Origin: Candidatus Zixiibacteriota bacterium
GTDB lineage: Bacteria; Zixibacteria; MSB-5A5; GN15; PGXB01
NCBI GenBank assembly: GCA_020058225.1
Contig: JAGVEJ010000128.1
Location: forward strand, 1 to 17,737
Direction: 5' to 3'
DNA: 17,737 nt
In this document: positions 7,687 through 16,362 of the stretch, one piece after another
Layout: every line of letters starts with the position of its first letter
Numbering within the stretch: the first letter of the stretch is position 1
Made by a program: the position numbers and the translations under genes
The notes under the pieces: generated by a model
The model's input: only the letters and a program-made list of their open reading frames with translations
Databases searched by the model: none
Told to the model about the DNA's origin: nothing

Positions 7687-8445
7687 ATGTCAAATTCGGT
7701 AATTGATAAGTCATCGGCCATTGGCAAGGGAACCAGTCACGGCAATTTTTGCTTTTTTGGCAAGGACACCGTTATTGGTAAGGGTTGTCTTATCGGAAAC
7801 AATGTTGTCATTCATAATGGTTCAATAATAGGGGACAATGTTCGTATCGATGATGGCGCCATAGTCGGAAAACTACCCATGAAGGCGGCCAACTCGGCCG
7901 TTACCAAAGAACAGGAGCTACCTTCCGCAAAGGTCGGTTCAGATTGCATTATTGGCACGCATGTTGTAATTTATCGTGGATGCGAGATTGGCAAAAAAGT
8001 CCTGATAGCCGACCTTTCGACGATCAGAGAAAATGTTTCCATTGGTGATTTTACCATAGTTGGACGTGGGGTCGCTGTCGAAAATTTCTGCAAAATTGGA
8101 CGATACTGTAAGCTTGAAACAAATGTCTATATCACCGCATATTCCGAACTGGAAGACCGCGTTTTTGTAGCTCCCTGTGTGGCAACATCAAATGACAATT
8201 ATATAGGACGAACTGAAGAGAGATTCAAACATTTCAAGGGCGTAATTGTAAAAAAAGGTGGGAGAATCGGAGTTAACGCCACTATTCTCCCGGGAAAAAC
8301 AGTCGGCGCCGATGGTTTAATAGCGGCCGGAGCGGTCTTAACCGAAGACTGCCCTGACAAAAAGATAATGGTTGGAGTGCCGGCCAAGGTATTTCGCGAT
8401 GTCCCCAAAGAACAGCTTCTTGAAAACCAAGGCTGGAAAGAGTGA
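7687..8445 (+). CDS. hexapeptide-repeat (left-handed beta-helix) sugar N-acetyltransferase, WbpD/PglD-like
   Basis: The [LIV]-G-x4 hexapeptide repeats throughout (IGKGCLIGNNVVIHNGSIIGDNVRIDDGAIVG...). The start is set at ATG 7687 with GAGGA upstream. The track ORF from 7618 overlaps the wzz 3' end. Confidence 0.75.
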   Translation: MSNSVIDKSSAIGKGTSHGNFCFFGKDTVIGKGCLIGNNVVIHNGSIIGDNVRIDDGAIVGKLPMKAANSAVTKEQELPSAKVGSDCIIGTHVVIYRGCEIGKKVLIADLSTIRENVSIGDFTIVGRGVAVENFCKIGRYCKLETNVYITAYSELEDRVFVAPCVATSNDNYIGRTEERFKHFKGVIVKKGGRIGVNATILPGKTVGADGLIAAGAVLTEDCPDKKIMVGVPAKVFRDVPKEQLLENQGWKE

Positions 8446-8455
8446 AGGAGAAACA

Positions 8456-9556
8456 ATGGCTGTACCTCTTATAGATTTACACAGGCAATATGCCGCCATA
8501 AAGGATAAACTTGATAAAGCTGTTATCAATGTCTTGGAGCATGGCCAGTTTATACTTGGTCCGGAGGTTGCCCAACTTGAATCGAAAATTGCCGCCCTGT
8601 GTGGCGTCAGGTTTGGAGTCGGGGTTGCTTCGGGAACAGACGCTCTTCTTTTGGCGCTTCGCGCGGCGGGAATAGAACCCTGCGATGAAGTAATTACGCC
8701 GGATTTTTCTTTTTTCGCTACGGCGGGTGTAGTCTCCCGTCTAAAAGCTAAGCCGGTTCTGGTGGATATTGAGGGAGATACCTATAATATCGATCCATCA
8801 CTAATTGAAAAGGCAATTACTTCCAAAACCAAGGCAATTATGCCCGTGCATCTTTTTGGCCAGCTTGCCGACATGGACTCCATTATGCAATTAGCCAAAA
8901 AGCATAATCTAATTGTCATTGAAGATGCCGCTCAAGCCATTGGAGCTTCTTATAAGGGACATCAGGCAGGATCCATCGGGCATTATGGCTGTTTTTCATT
9001 TTTCCCAACCAAGAATCTTGGTGGGGCCGGCGATGGCGGTATGATTGTCTTGAATGATATTGATGGATATGAATTCCTAAAAATTCTAAGAGTGCATGGC
9101 TCGAGTCCAAAGTATTATAACAGGGTAATAGGATATAATTCCCGTCTTGCCACCATCCAAGCGGCAGTGCTTTTGGTTAAACTCGAATATCTCTCCGGCT
9201 GGACCGAAAAACGGCGAGAACATGCCAAAATTTATGATGCGGCTTTAATGGGCGCTCAAATCAAGATTCCGGTGGTTAAGGATTATTCTTATCATATTTA
9301 CAATCAGTACACCATAGCAGTCAAAAATCGCTATGAATTAATGCGGGTGATGAAAGAAAAGAAAATCGGCCATGAAATTTATTACCCGATTCCATTCCAT
9401 AAGCAAGATTGTTTCAATGACCTTGGTTATAAAAATGGCGACTTCCCGATCACCGAAAAAGCCTCAAATGAAGTAGTCTCTCTGCCTATTTATCCGGAGC
9501 TTACTCAAGAAGAGCAAGAAAAAGTTATTGAAGTGGTAAAATCGGTTTCAATGTGA
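8456..9556 (+). CDS. DegT/DnrJ/EryC1/StrS family PLP-dependent sugar aminotransferase
   Basis: The N-terminus 'VPLIDLHRQYAAIKDKLDKAV...EHGQFILGPEV..LE' is family-typical. The 'FSFFPTKNLGGAGDGGMIV' block contains the PLP-lysine region. GAAGGAG lies 6 nt upstream of ATG 8456. Confidence 0.85.
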   Translation: MAVPLIDLHRQYAAIKDKLDKAVINVLEHGQFILGPEVAQLESKIAALCGVRFGVGVASGTDALLLALRAAGIEPCDEVITPDFSFFATAGVVSRLKAKPVLVDIEGDTYNIDPSLIEKAITSKTKAIMPVHLFGQLADMDSIMQLAKKHNLIVIEDAAQAIGASYKGHQAGSIGHYGCFSFFPTKNLGGAGDGGMIVLNDIDGYEFLKILRVHGSSPKYYNRVIGYNSRLATIQAAVLLVKLEYLSGWTEKRREHAKIYDAALMGAQIKIPVVKDYSYHIYNQYTIAVKNRYELMRVMKEKKIGHEIYYPIPFHKQDCFNDLGYKNGDFPITEKASNEVVSLPIYPELTQEEQEKVIEVVKSVSM

Positions 9557-9588
9557 TTTATGGGGACTGACCCGATTTCCAAAATAAC

Positions 9589-10683
9589 ATGGACAAAAAA
9601 AGGCACACTATAATATCGCTCGTGGGCGCCCGCCCTCAATTTATAAAATTGGCTCCGCTGGCCAAGATTTTGAATGAAAAATTCAGACACCTCATAGTGC
9701 ATTCAGGACAGCATTATGACCGAATGATGTCCAATATATTTTTTGACCAACTCAACATCCCTAAGGCCGATTATAATCTTCTGGTTGGTTCCGGCAATCA
9801 TTCTGAAATGACCGGCAAAATAATGATGCGGTTCGAAAATTTGTTGGCTAAACTCCAGCCGGAGATGGTGTTGGTTTATGGCGATACCAATAGTACCTTA
9901 GCCGCGGCTTTGGCGGCAGTTAAATTAAATATTCCCGTTGGTCATATTGAGGCGGGATTACGCTCCTACCGACGGGATATGCCGGAGGAAATCAACCGCC
10001 TGTTGACAGACCAAATATCTTCTCTTCTTTTTTGCCCGACACCACAATCCATAAAAAATCTAAAAAAAGAGGGAATCAAAAACGGCATAATTCATTCCGG
10101 CGACTTAATGCACGAACTAATCAATTCTTATAAACATAAAATCTCTGCCAATAGAATTATCCTAAAAAAATTTGGCGTTGCACCCAAAAAATTTATCCTT
10201 CTGACACTTCACAGAGCCGCCAATGTTGATGACAGAAATATTCTTGGTTCCTTGGTGGATATAATATGTGCGATAAAGAAACCGATAATTTTCCCCATTC
10301 ATCCTCGCACCGCAAAAAATCTTCGAAAATTCGGATTAAAAAAGAAAATTGATATTTCGAAAAATATCTTCTTAACAGAACCCCTTTCTTATCTTGATAA
10401 TCTCTCACTGATATATAACGCCTATGCCGTCATGACTGATTCCGGCGGCATGCAAAAGGAATCCGTTTTTCTCGGGACCCCCTGTCTTACTTTGCGGGAC
10501 GAAACGGAATGGACCGAAACATTAAAACTGGGAAATCATCTGGTCGGACTTTCATCCAGAAAAATATCAAGACTATTAGCAGACCTTCCTACCTGCAAGA
10601 ATAAGGCGCCATATCTGATTTCAAACGGAAAACCCTCCGAAATTATTGCAACTGCTCTTTCCAAATTCCTTGAGGATTCCTGA
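9589..10683 (+). CDS. UDP-N-acetylglucosamine 2-epimerase (non-hydrolysing), WecB/WbpI family
   Basis: Three family-typical blocks are present: 'LVGARPQFIKLAPL', 'VYGDTNSTLAAALAA...IPVGHIEAGLRS' and 'MTDSGGMQKES...GTPCLTLRDETEWTE'. Confidence 0.85.
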   Translation: MDKKRHTIISLVGARPQFIKLAPLAKILNEKFRHLIVHSGQHYDRMMSNIFFDQLNIPKADYNLLVGSGNHSEMTGKIMMRFENLLAKLQPEMVLVYGDTNSTLAAALAAVKLNIPVGHIEAGLRSYRRDMPEEINRLLTDQISSLLFCPTPQSIKNLKKEGIKNGIIHSGDLMHELINSYKHKISANRIILKKFGVAPKKFILLTLHRAANVDDRNILGSLVDIICAIKKPIIFPIHPRTAKNLRKFGLKKKIDISKNIFLTEPLSYLDNLSLIYNAYAVMTDSGGMQKESVFLGTPCLTLRDETEWTETLKLGNHLVGLSSRKISRLLADLPTCKNKAPYLISNGKPSEIIATALSKFLEDS

Positions 10684-12229
10684 TTTGGCGCCCGCGGGCA
10701 AAATTCGCCAGGCAATTCTTGGCGTTTCCGGTATTGCTTTGTTCTCCAAAATATTTGGTTTTATGCGGGAAATGGTCATTGCGGAGCGGTTTGGCACATC
10801 TCATGAATATGATGTTCTTCTGATTGCCATTACGGTGCCGATTTTCTTTAATTTGGTCGTAGCCAATGCCACCATTTTTTTGGCGGTGCCATTTTTATCG
10901 CGACAGATGACTGGAAATGGCGGCGATCGAGGATGGCGCAGTTTCTGGGAAATTGGAAACTCCCTCTGCATTATTGTCGCCCTTATTGTTGTTGGAATTG
11001 TTCTAGCGGCTCCGGTATTGGTAAGAGTTGTTGGTCCCAATTTGGCAGGAGCGGAATTGACCGATGGTATATTTTATTGCCGGGCCATTGCCGCGGTGGT
11101 ATTCCTGACATTTCTTGAATCATATTTCCGCTCCGCCCTGAATGTAAAAAAGGAATTTGTCTATCCGGCGGCCGGGACAATTATCCTCAATATTATTGCC
11201 ATCGCGGCCATTTATCTTTTCTCGGGGAAAATATCGGTGATGGCTATTATTCTTGGCCTTTTGGCTGGGGCTTTTTGCCAGGCACTGTTTCAATTTGCCC
11301 GCCTGACTGGCTTTGGAGTGATAGAAGATTTCCATCTCCGTTTTTGGGGAAGAGATACAAAAAGCCTGTATGCGGTTGGGGCAATGATTATCATTGTTGA
11401 GTTTCTTTCCCGTACCTATTTTATGATAGACCGTTATTTTGCTGGCGGATTGCAGATTGGCGTTGTCTCGGCCTTAAATTACAGCAGTCTTCTGGTGATG
11501 CTTCCGGTGAACGTTGCGGGGATGGCTATAGCGGCAGTTGCTTTTCCTTACTTAAGCGATCGTGCCGCCGATAGTAAATCGGGCGGGATATCTGATCTGC
11601 TCGGTTCCACTATCCACCTTTCTCTGGTGGTCGGTGTGCCCTGCGGCCTGTTCTATCTGGTTTTTGCCCAGGAGCTAACCGCGGCCGTTTTTCTTCGAGG
11701 CGCTTTTAACCTCGAATCGTTAGAGATGACTTCGCGGATTTTGATTTTTTTGGTCCCGCATTTGATATCTCTTTTCCTATATAGCATATTTATTCAGGCC
11801 TGCTATGCATCGGGCCGGCAAAAATTTATCCTTGGGATTGCCGTGGCGGCGATAATTATTAAAATTCTCCTGACCGGCCTTTTAAAGAATCTTCTTGGTT
11901 ATATCGGCATTGCCCTAGCGACATCGATTGTTGAAGTATTGATCCTGATTATGATAAGTGTAGTGTTAATTCGTGATGGCAATATGAGCGGGATGTCTAG
12001 ATATGGAATCACCATCCTTAAAATTGCGGCCGCTTCAGTTCCCATGATTCCCGTTGCCATGTTCATTCGAACCATGCCTGATTTTGGACCAGGCCTTTCT
12101 CTTTTATCAAAATTCCGGGTGGTGCCCGCCTTTTTTATTTCTCTGGCCGGTTTTATCGCCATTGGATATCTGGTTAAAATCGAGGAGGTGCGACGCATGG
12201 TTAATAAAGTTCGGGGGGCGATGGTATGA
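10646..12229 (+). CDS. MurJ/MviN-family (MOP superfamily) polysaccharide/lipid-linked-oligosaccharide flippase
   Basis: A protein of about 14 TM helices. Its N-terminus 'FSKIFGFMREMVIAERFG' aligns to the MurJ 'FSRVLGFARDAIVARIFG' block. An in-frame TTG at 10685 with GAGGA 8 nt upstream would start right after the epimerase stop, and may be the true start. Confidence 0.7.
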   Translation: MQLLFPNSLRIPDLAPAGKIRQAILGVSGIALFSKIFGFMREMVIAERFGTSHEYDVLLIAITVPIFFNLVVANATIFLAVPFLSRQMTGNGGDRGWRSFWEIGNSLCIIVALIVVGIVLAAPVLVRVVGPNLAGAELTDGIFYCRAIAAVVFLTFLESYFRSALNVKKEFVYPAAGTIILNIIAIAAIYLFSGKISVMAIILGLLAGAFCQALFQFARLTGFGVIEDFHLRFWGRDTKSLYAVGAMIIIVEFLSRTYFMIDRYFAGGLQIGVVSALNYSSLLVMLPVNVAGMAIAAVAFPYLSDRAADSKSGGISDLLGSTIHLSLVVGVPCGLFYLVFAQELTAAVFLRGAFNLESLEMTSRILIFLVPHLISLFLYSIFIQACYASGRQKFILGIAVAAIIIKILLTGLLKNLLGYIGIALATSIVEVLILIMISVVLIRDGNMSGMSRYGITILKIAAASVPMIPVAMFIRTMPDFGPGLSLLSKFRVVPAFFISLAGFIAIGYLVKIEEVRRMVNKVRGAMV

Positions 12230-12295
12230 TGTATATGAAAGGCGAGAAAGTTTTGAGGCGGGTATGAATATCGGGGAGGCAATACGGGACTATCA

Positions 12296-13618
12296 ATGAT
12301 CTTTATTTTTCTTATGATCCCGTTTGCGGTATCAAAGGAGAGCGGGTGGGAAGTAATGGCAGTGGCTTATCTGGCCATTCCTTTTGCCCTAATTCTCCTT
12401 TCGGCGCCCCGCCTGAGCTTCTATCTTTTGATACTTGTGAATTATATTTATGCTCCCATTATTTTAACGGGGTTAGCGGTTCATCCGGGGGACATCTGCA
12501 GTGTCGTTTTTATCGGTTCGGTAGCGATCTCATGGCTTTTGCGGGGCAATCCTCTGATCGACCACACCAGACTTGATTTTCCTTTCTGGGCGCTTATTGC
12601 CGCCACGATCATTTCCGGTATTTTTGCCCATAAACCGGAACTGAGCCTTGTTCCTGTTATCAGGATAATATTGATTTATTTGGCGTATCGGGCTTTCTAT
12701 TCCTTCGCCGAAAGCTATGGTGCCAGCCGTATGACCGTCTTCTATGTCTATGCCCTGACCCTGTTTTCTCTGTTTAATTTCATTATGTTTTTGACTCTGG
12801 GGGGGACATATCGGGTTTTCGGTGTCGCCGGTATTGCCTTTGAGACGCTATCCATGATTGGAGTGCCACTCACCCTGGTTTGTGCCATCTGGTCGGAAAC
12901 AAAAAAGAAACGGATTTTTTTCTGCGCTCTTTTGTCCTTCAATGTCCTGGCAGCAATTTCAACCATGTCCCGGGGACTTCTTCTAACCATCGCCCTTTCA
13001 AGCACAATATTTCTATGGGTTTCTTATAGAAAGGCGGGACGCATGGGATTGGAGGCGCCTCGAAAGTATATAAGAGCGTTTCTTTTTTTTCTTGCCCCTC
13101 TGGCCATAATAAGCATTGTCGCCTGGGGGATATTTGTCCCGGTGGCGGAGAGATTCCAGGAAATATCACTTGACCGACCAATGGGCACTATACTCCTTCG
13201 CTTATCGCTCTGGAGGGCCGCTATTGATGGATTTTTGACCTCACCCTTTACCGGGATTGGGATTGGAAATTTCCGAATGATTGACTCTTTGCTGCCATAT
13301 CTCAAATTTGATCCGGTCAGATACTATATTACCGGGATGACTTCTCATAATGTCTTTCTGCAATATCTTTGTGAGACCGGAATTATCGGCGCCGCCGCGT
13401 TTCTCTGGCTGGCTTACCGGGCTTTCTCCTCGGCGGTCAAAATCATGCGGCAGACTGTATCAGCCGATGAACTGGTGCCGTCAATGGCCGCCTTTGTCGG
13501 CGCCCTGGTCATATTTATTACAGCCTTCTATATGAGAGCCTGGACATGGGGACAGGAAGGTTTTGTCTTTGCCTTTACATTGAGCCTTGTAGCCCGGCAG
13601 TACCATACAGTGATCTGA
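12296..13618 (+). CDS. O-antigen ligase / Wzy-type polymerase family membrane protein (Wzy_C domain), second paralogue
   Basis: 440-aa polytopic membrane protein with a Wzy_C loop 'RLSLWRAAIDGFLTSPFTGIGIGNF...TSHNVFLQYLCETGIIGAAAF'. The start is uncertain. ATG 12356 ('MAVAYL') is an alternative. Confidence 0.75.
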   Translation: MIFIFLMIPFAVSKESGWEVMAVAYLAIPFALILLSAPRLSFYLLILVNYIYAPIILTGLAVHPGDICSVVFIGSVAISWLLRGNPLIDHTRLDFPFWALIAATIISGIFAHKPELSLVPVIRIILIYLAYRAFYSFAESYGASRMTVFYVYALTLFSLFNFIMFLTLGGTYRVFGVAGIAFETLSMIGVPLTLVCAIWSETKKKRIFFCALLSFNVLAAISTMSRGLLLTIALSSTIFLWVSYRKAGRMGLEAPRKYIRAFLFFLAPLAIISIVAWGIFVPVAERFQEISLDRPMGTILLRLSLWRAAIDGFLTSPFTGIGIGNFRMIDSLLPYLKFDPVRYYITGMTSHNVFLQYLCETGIIGAAAFLWLAYRAFSSAVKIMRQTVSADELVPSMAAFVGALVIFITAFYMRAWTWGQEGFVFAFTLSLVARQYHTVI

Positions 13619-13641
13619 GGGATGTCGGAAGGGCGTGGATA

Positions 13642-14709
13642 ATGCATAAAATTGTCATACTCGGTTATGCTGGCTCGGCGCATATCCGCCGTTGGGTGTT
13701 GGGATTAGCATCTTTAGGCTATGACATTCATTTGATATCATGCGGCGGCATTCCAATCAATGGAATTGAAACAACAATATTGGGGGAAAAAAGCGGAGCG
13801 TGGAATTACATTAAATATACGGCAAGGGCTCGTTCCAAAATATTGGCCACTAAACCTGATCTCATTCACTCTTTTCAGGCAACCGGATATGCCATCTGGG
13901 GGGCGGCAAAATATAATTGTCCCAAGTTATTGACACCTCTTGGTTCAGATATACTTATTTCACCCAATCGGACAATTTTGCACAAATTACTGATTTATAG
14001 ATATTTGAAACAATATGACCATTTCACCACCGCAAGCCGGCATTTAAAAGATGCCCTCAATTCCTTTTGTCCGTTCTCTGGAGATAGAACGACTGTTATT
14101 CCCTTTGGAGTCAGATTATCTGATAAAACAAAAAAACATGAAAGTAAAATCCCCATTCGCATTATCTTCGCAAAATCATTACAGCCAGTTTATGCTCCCC
14201 AAATTCTATTGGAAGCAATCTCCATTGCGACTAAAAAAAATTTCAAATTGACTTTGGATATGTATGGCGAAGGAGAATTAAGAGATAATCTCCAAGAACT
14301 GGCCGTAAAATTAAATATCTCCGATATCGTATCATTCAAAGGATGGATAAATAACGAAATACTATATGATTTATATCCCAATTATGACATAATGATCATG
14401 CCCTCATTATCCGAGTCATTTGGTGTGGCGGCGCTGGAAGCCTCATCGGCAGGACTACCCGTTATAGCCAGCAATATTGGAGGTGTGCCGGAGGTAGTGA
14501 AAGACGGGGTGACCGGAATTCTGGTAGAGCCCGGCGACCCGGAAAAGCTGGCGGAGGCCATTCTTAAGCTCGCCTCCGATGTCGAATTAAGAAAAAAAAT
14601 GGGAAATGCCGGACGAGAGTTTGTGGCTCAAAATTATCGCTGGGAAAATTGCCTGAAGCAAATGATAGAGCTATACGAACAATTGATTTCAGGAAAACAA
14701 AAAAATTGA
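13642..14709 (+). CDS. glycosyltransferase family 4 (GT-B, Glycos_transf_1)
   Basis: The C-terminal EX7E region 'PSLSESFGVAALEASSAGLPVIASNIGGVPEVVKDGVTGILVEPGD' is present. An N-terminal Rossmann-like 'KIVILGYAGSAHIRRWVLGL' also matches. The start is set at ATG 13642 with GGAAGGG 8 nt upstream. The track start 13546 lies inside the Wzy gene. Confidence 0.8.
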   Translation: MHKIVILGYAGSAHIRRWVLGLASLGYDIHLISCGGIPINGIETTILGEKSGAWNYIKYTARARSKILATKPDLIHSFQATGYAIWGAAKYNCPKLLTPLGSDILISPNRTILHKLLIYRYLKQYDHFTTASRHLKDALNSFCPFSGDRTTVIPFGVRLSDKTKKHESKIPIRIIFAKSLQPVYAPQILLEAISIATKKNFKLTLDMYGEGELRDNLQELAVKLNISDIVSFKGWINNEILYDLYPNYDIMIMPSLSESFGVAALEASSAGLPVIASNIGGVPEVVKDGVTGILVEPGDPEKLAEAILKLASDVELRKKMGNAGREFVAQNYRWENCLKQMIELYEQLISGKQKN

Positions 14710-15857
14710 AAGTCCCCTTTTTCAGATTAAGATTGACACAAACCGAAGAGCGGGAAGTCCGCAAGGTTCTTCGTTCGGGATGGATTACCAGTGGCCCGGC
14801 GGCTGGAGAATTTGAAAAAAAAATCAAGGAAATTACCGGAGCCAAATATGCCATTGCAGTCTCATCATGCACCGCAGGATTGCATCTGACCTTGGAAGCG
14901 TCGGGCATTAGGAATGGTGATGAAGTTATCACCACCCCGTTCACCATGGCCGCTACCATTGAGGCCATATTATATTGCGGAGCCATACCGGTATTTGCCG
15001 ATATTAACCCAGCCACGCTAAATATCGACCCAACCCAAATTAGAAAAAAAATAACTAAGAAAACAAAGGCAATTTTGACGGTGGATATGGCTGGATGGCC
15101 CTGCGATTATGATCAAGTCAGGCTTCTGGCAAAAAATAATAAGCTGATTTTGATAGAAGATGCCGCTCACTCATTGGGTGGATATTATAAGAATAAACCG
15201 ATCGGGTCTATTGCCGATGCCACCGTCTTTTCTTTTTACTCCACCAAAAATGTGACAACCGGCGAGGGTGGCATGGTGACCACCAATCAGAAAAATTTAG
15301 CAGATAGAATTCGCCATCTTTCTCTGCATGGGATGACATCGTCAGGTTGGAGAAGATATTTCGGCGGAGGATGGAAATATGATATTACCGCGCTTGGGTA
15401 TAAATATAATCTGTCCGACCTCGCCGCTGGGCTCGGTCTAGGTCAATTGGCGCGGTTTTCTGAATTGCAGGATAAGCGGCAAAGAATCGCCGAAAGATAT
15501 TTCTCAAACCTGATTGATTATGGTGGTTATATCGAACCGCCTTATCAGGACAACATATCCCGCCATGCATGGCATCTATTCATAATTAAGCTTAATTCCA
15601 AAAAATGGAAAATAGGGCGTAATCAGTTAATTATCGAGCTTGAAAAGAATGGAGTCGGATGCGGGGTGCATTTTATCCCAGTATATAGATTTTCCTATTT
15701 CAAAAAACTCCTAAGAATTTCGGCCAAAAATTTCCCACATTCAGAAAATAGTTATAACACAATAATATCTCTTCCATTTTATCCAGACCTGAAATATTCC
15801 GAAGTCGATTATGTCTGCGAAATGCTAATCAAACTAATCGGCAAATATCGAAGATAA
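14649..15857 (+). CDS. DegT/DnrJ/EryC1/StrS family PLP-dependent sugar aminotransferase (second paralogue)
   Basis: Family-typical blocks: '...VPFFRLRLTQTEEREVRKVLRSGWITSGPAAGEFE', 'DEVITTPFTMAATIEAI', 'FSFYSTKNVTTGEGGMV'. The family normally starts just before 'VPFF'. The likely true start is therefore the in-frame TTG at 14706, overlapping the GT4 stop as TTGA, rather than ATG 14649. Confidence 0.8.
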   Translation: MPEANDRAIRTIDFRKTKKLKVPFFRLRLTQTEEREVRKVLRSGWITSGPAAGEFEKKIKEITGAKYAIAVSSCTAGLHLTLEASGIRNGDEVITTPFTMAATIEAILYCGAIPVFADINPATLNIDPTQIRKKITKKTKAILTVDMAGWPCDYDQVRLLAKNNKLILIEDAAHSLGGYYKNKPIGSIADATVFSFYSTKNVTTGEGGMVTTNQKNLADRIRHLSLHGMTSSGWRRYFGGGWKYDITALGYKYNLSDLAAGLGLGQLARFSELQDKRQRIAERYFSNLIDYGGYIEPPYQDNISRHAWHLFIIKLNSKKWKIGRNQLIIELEKNGVGCGVHFIPVYRFSYFKKLLRISAKNFPHSENSYNTIISLPFYPDLKYSEVDYVCEMLIKLIGKYRR

Positions 15858-15870
15858 TCTTCTGGGGAAT

Positions 15871-16362
15871 CTACTTGGAGGATTTATTGGTTTGCTCTTT
15901 GGCAAACGGCGAATTGCGCAACTCAGGCGGAAATTCAATTCTGGGGCGGGCTATGCCAAGATAGCGCTGATGCCACCGCCATTTCTTTTTCTCCGCCTTG
16001 ATGAATTTATTCAATTCCTTTTCATACTGATAAAGAACCGCATCATACTTCTCAATTTTTTGTAGGAGATTTTCGATATTTTCCCGTCTCTCAAGAGCAG
16101 TGCGGAAAATATTATAATCCTTAAAATTGAAAATAGATTGCACAATCGGCTCAAAAAAAACCATGGTCTGGGCGCCGATATAATTTAACGGCTTGACGGA
16201 TTCCAGAAAAAGAATCGCCGGAACGCCCATTCTCCATTGAACTACTTTGACCGCGACCTTTTCGAGTAAGGCATCTTCCTCTTCCGGGATGGGAGGCTTC
16301 TTATCATCAGGAAGTTCCGTTGAGCCCTTGAAAAAAGACATGAGATCAAATCCCCTTGTCAT
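15871..16362 (-). CDS. hypothetical protein (163 aa), no recognisable family
   Basis: The ORF runs convergent to the plus-strand cluster. AAGGGGA sits inside codons 2-4 of the first ATG and 9 nt upstream of the second ATG (plus coordinate 16341). The protein may therefore start at 'MSFFKG' (15871..16341). The residues form an acidic N-terminus, a hydrophobic/amphipathic middle and a lysine-rich C-terminus. Confidence 0.5.
   Translation of the reverse strand: MTRGFDLMSFFKGSTELPDDKKPPIPEEEDALLEKVAVKVVQWRMGVPAILFLESVKPLNYIGAQTMVFFEPIVQSIFNFKDYNIFRTALERRENIENLLQKIEKYDAVLYQYEKELNKFIKAEKKKWRWHQRYLGIARPRIEFPPELRNSPFAKEQTNKSSK

Noticed and set aside
11899-12282. 127-aa minus-strand ORF, and the 14564-15016 minus ORF, antisense to the flippase and aminotransferase
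   Set aside because: Both are embedded antisense in well-supported genes. No motifs are present. Judged to be chance open frames.
15885-15906. Hairpin GTTTGC-N6-GCAAAC between the convergent operons
   Set aside because: It lies inside the last codons of the 15871-16362 gene. It has a short stem and no U-tract, so it is not convincing as a bidirectional terminator.
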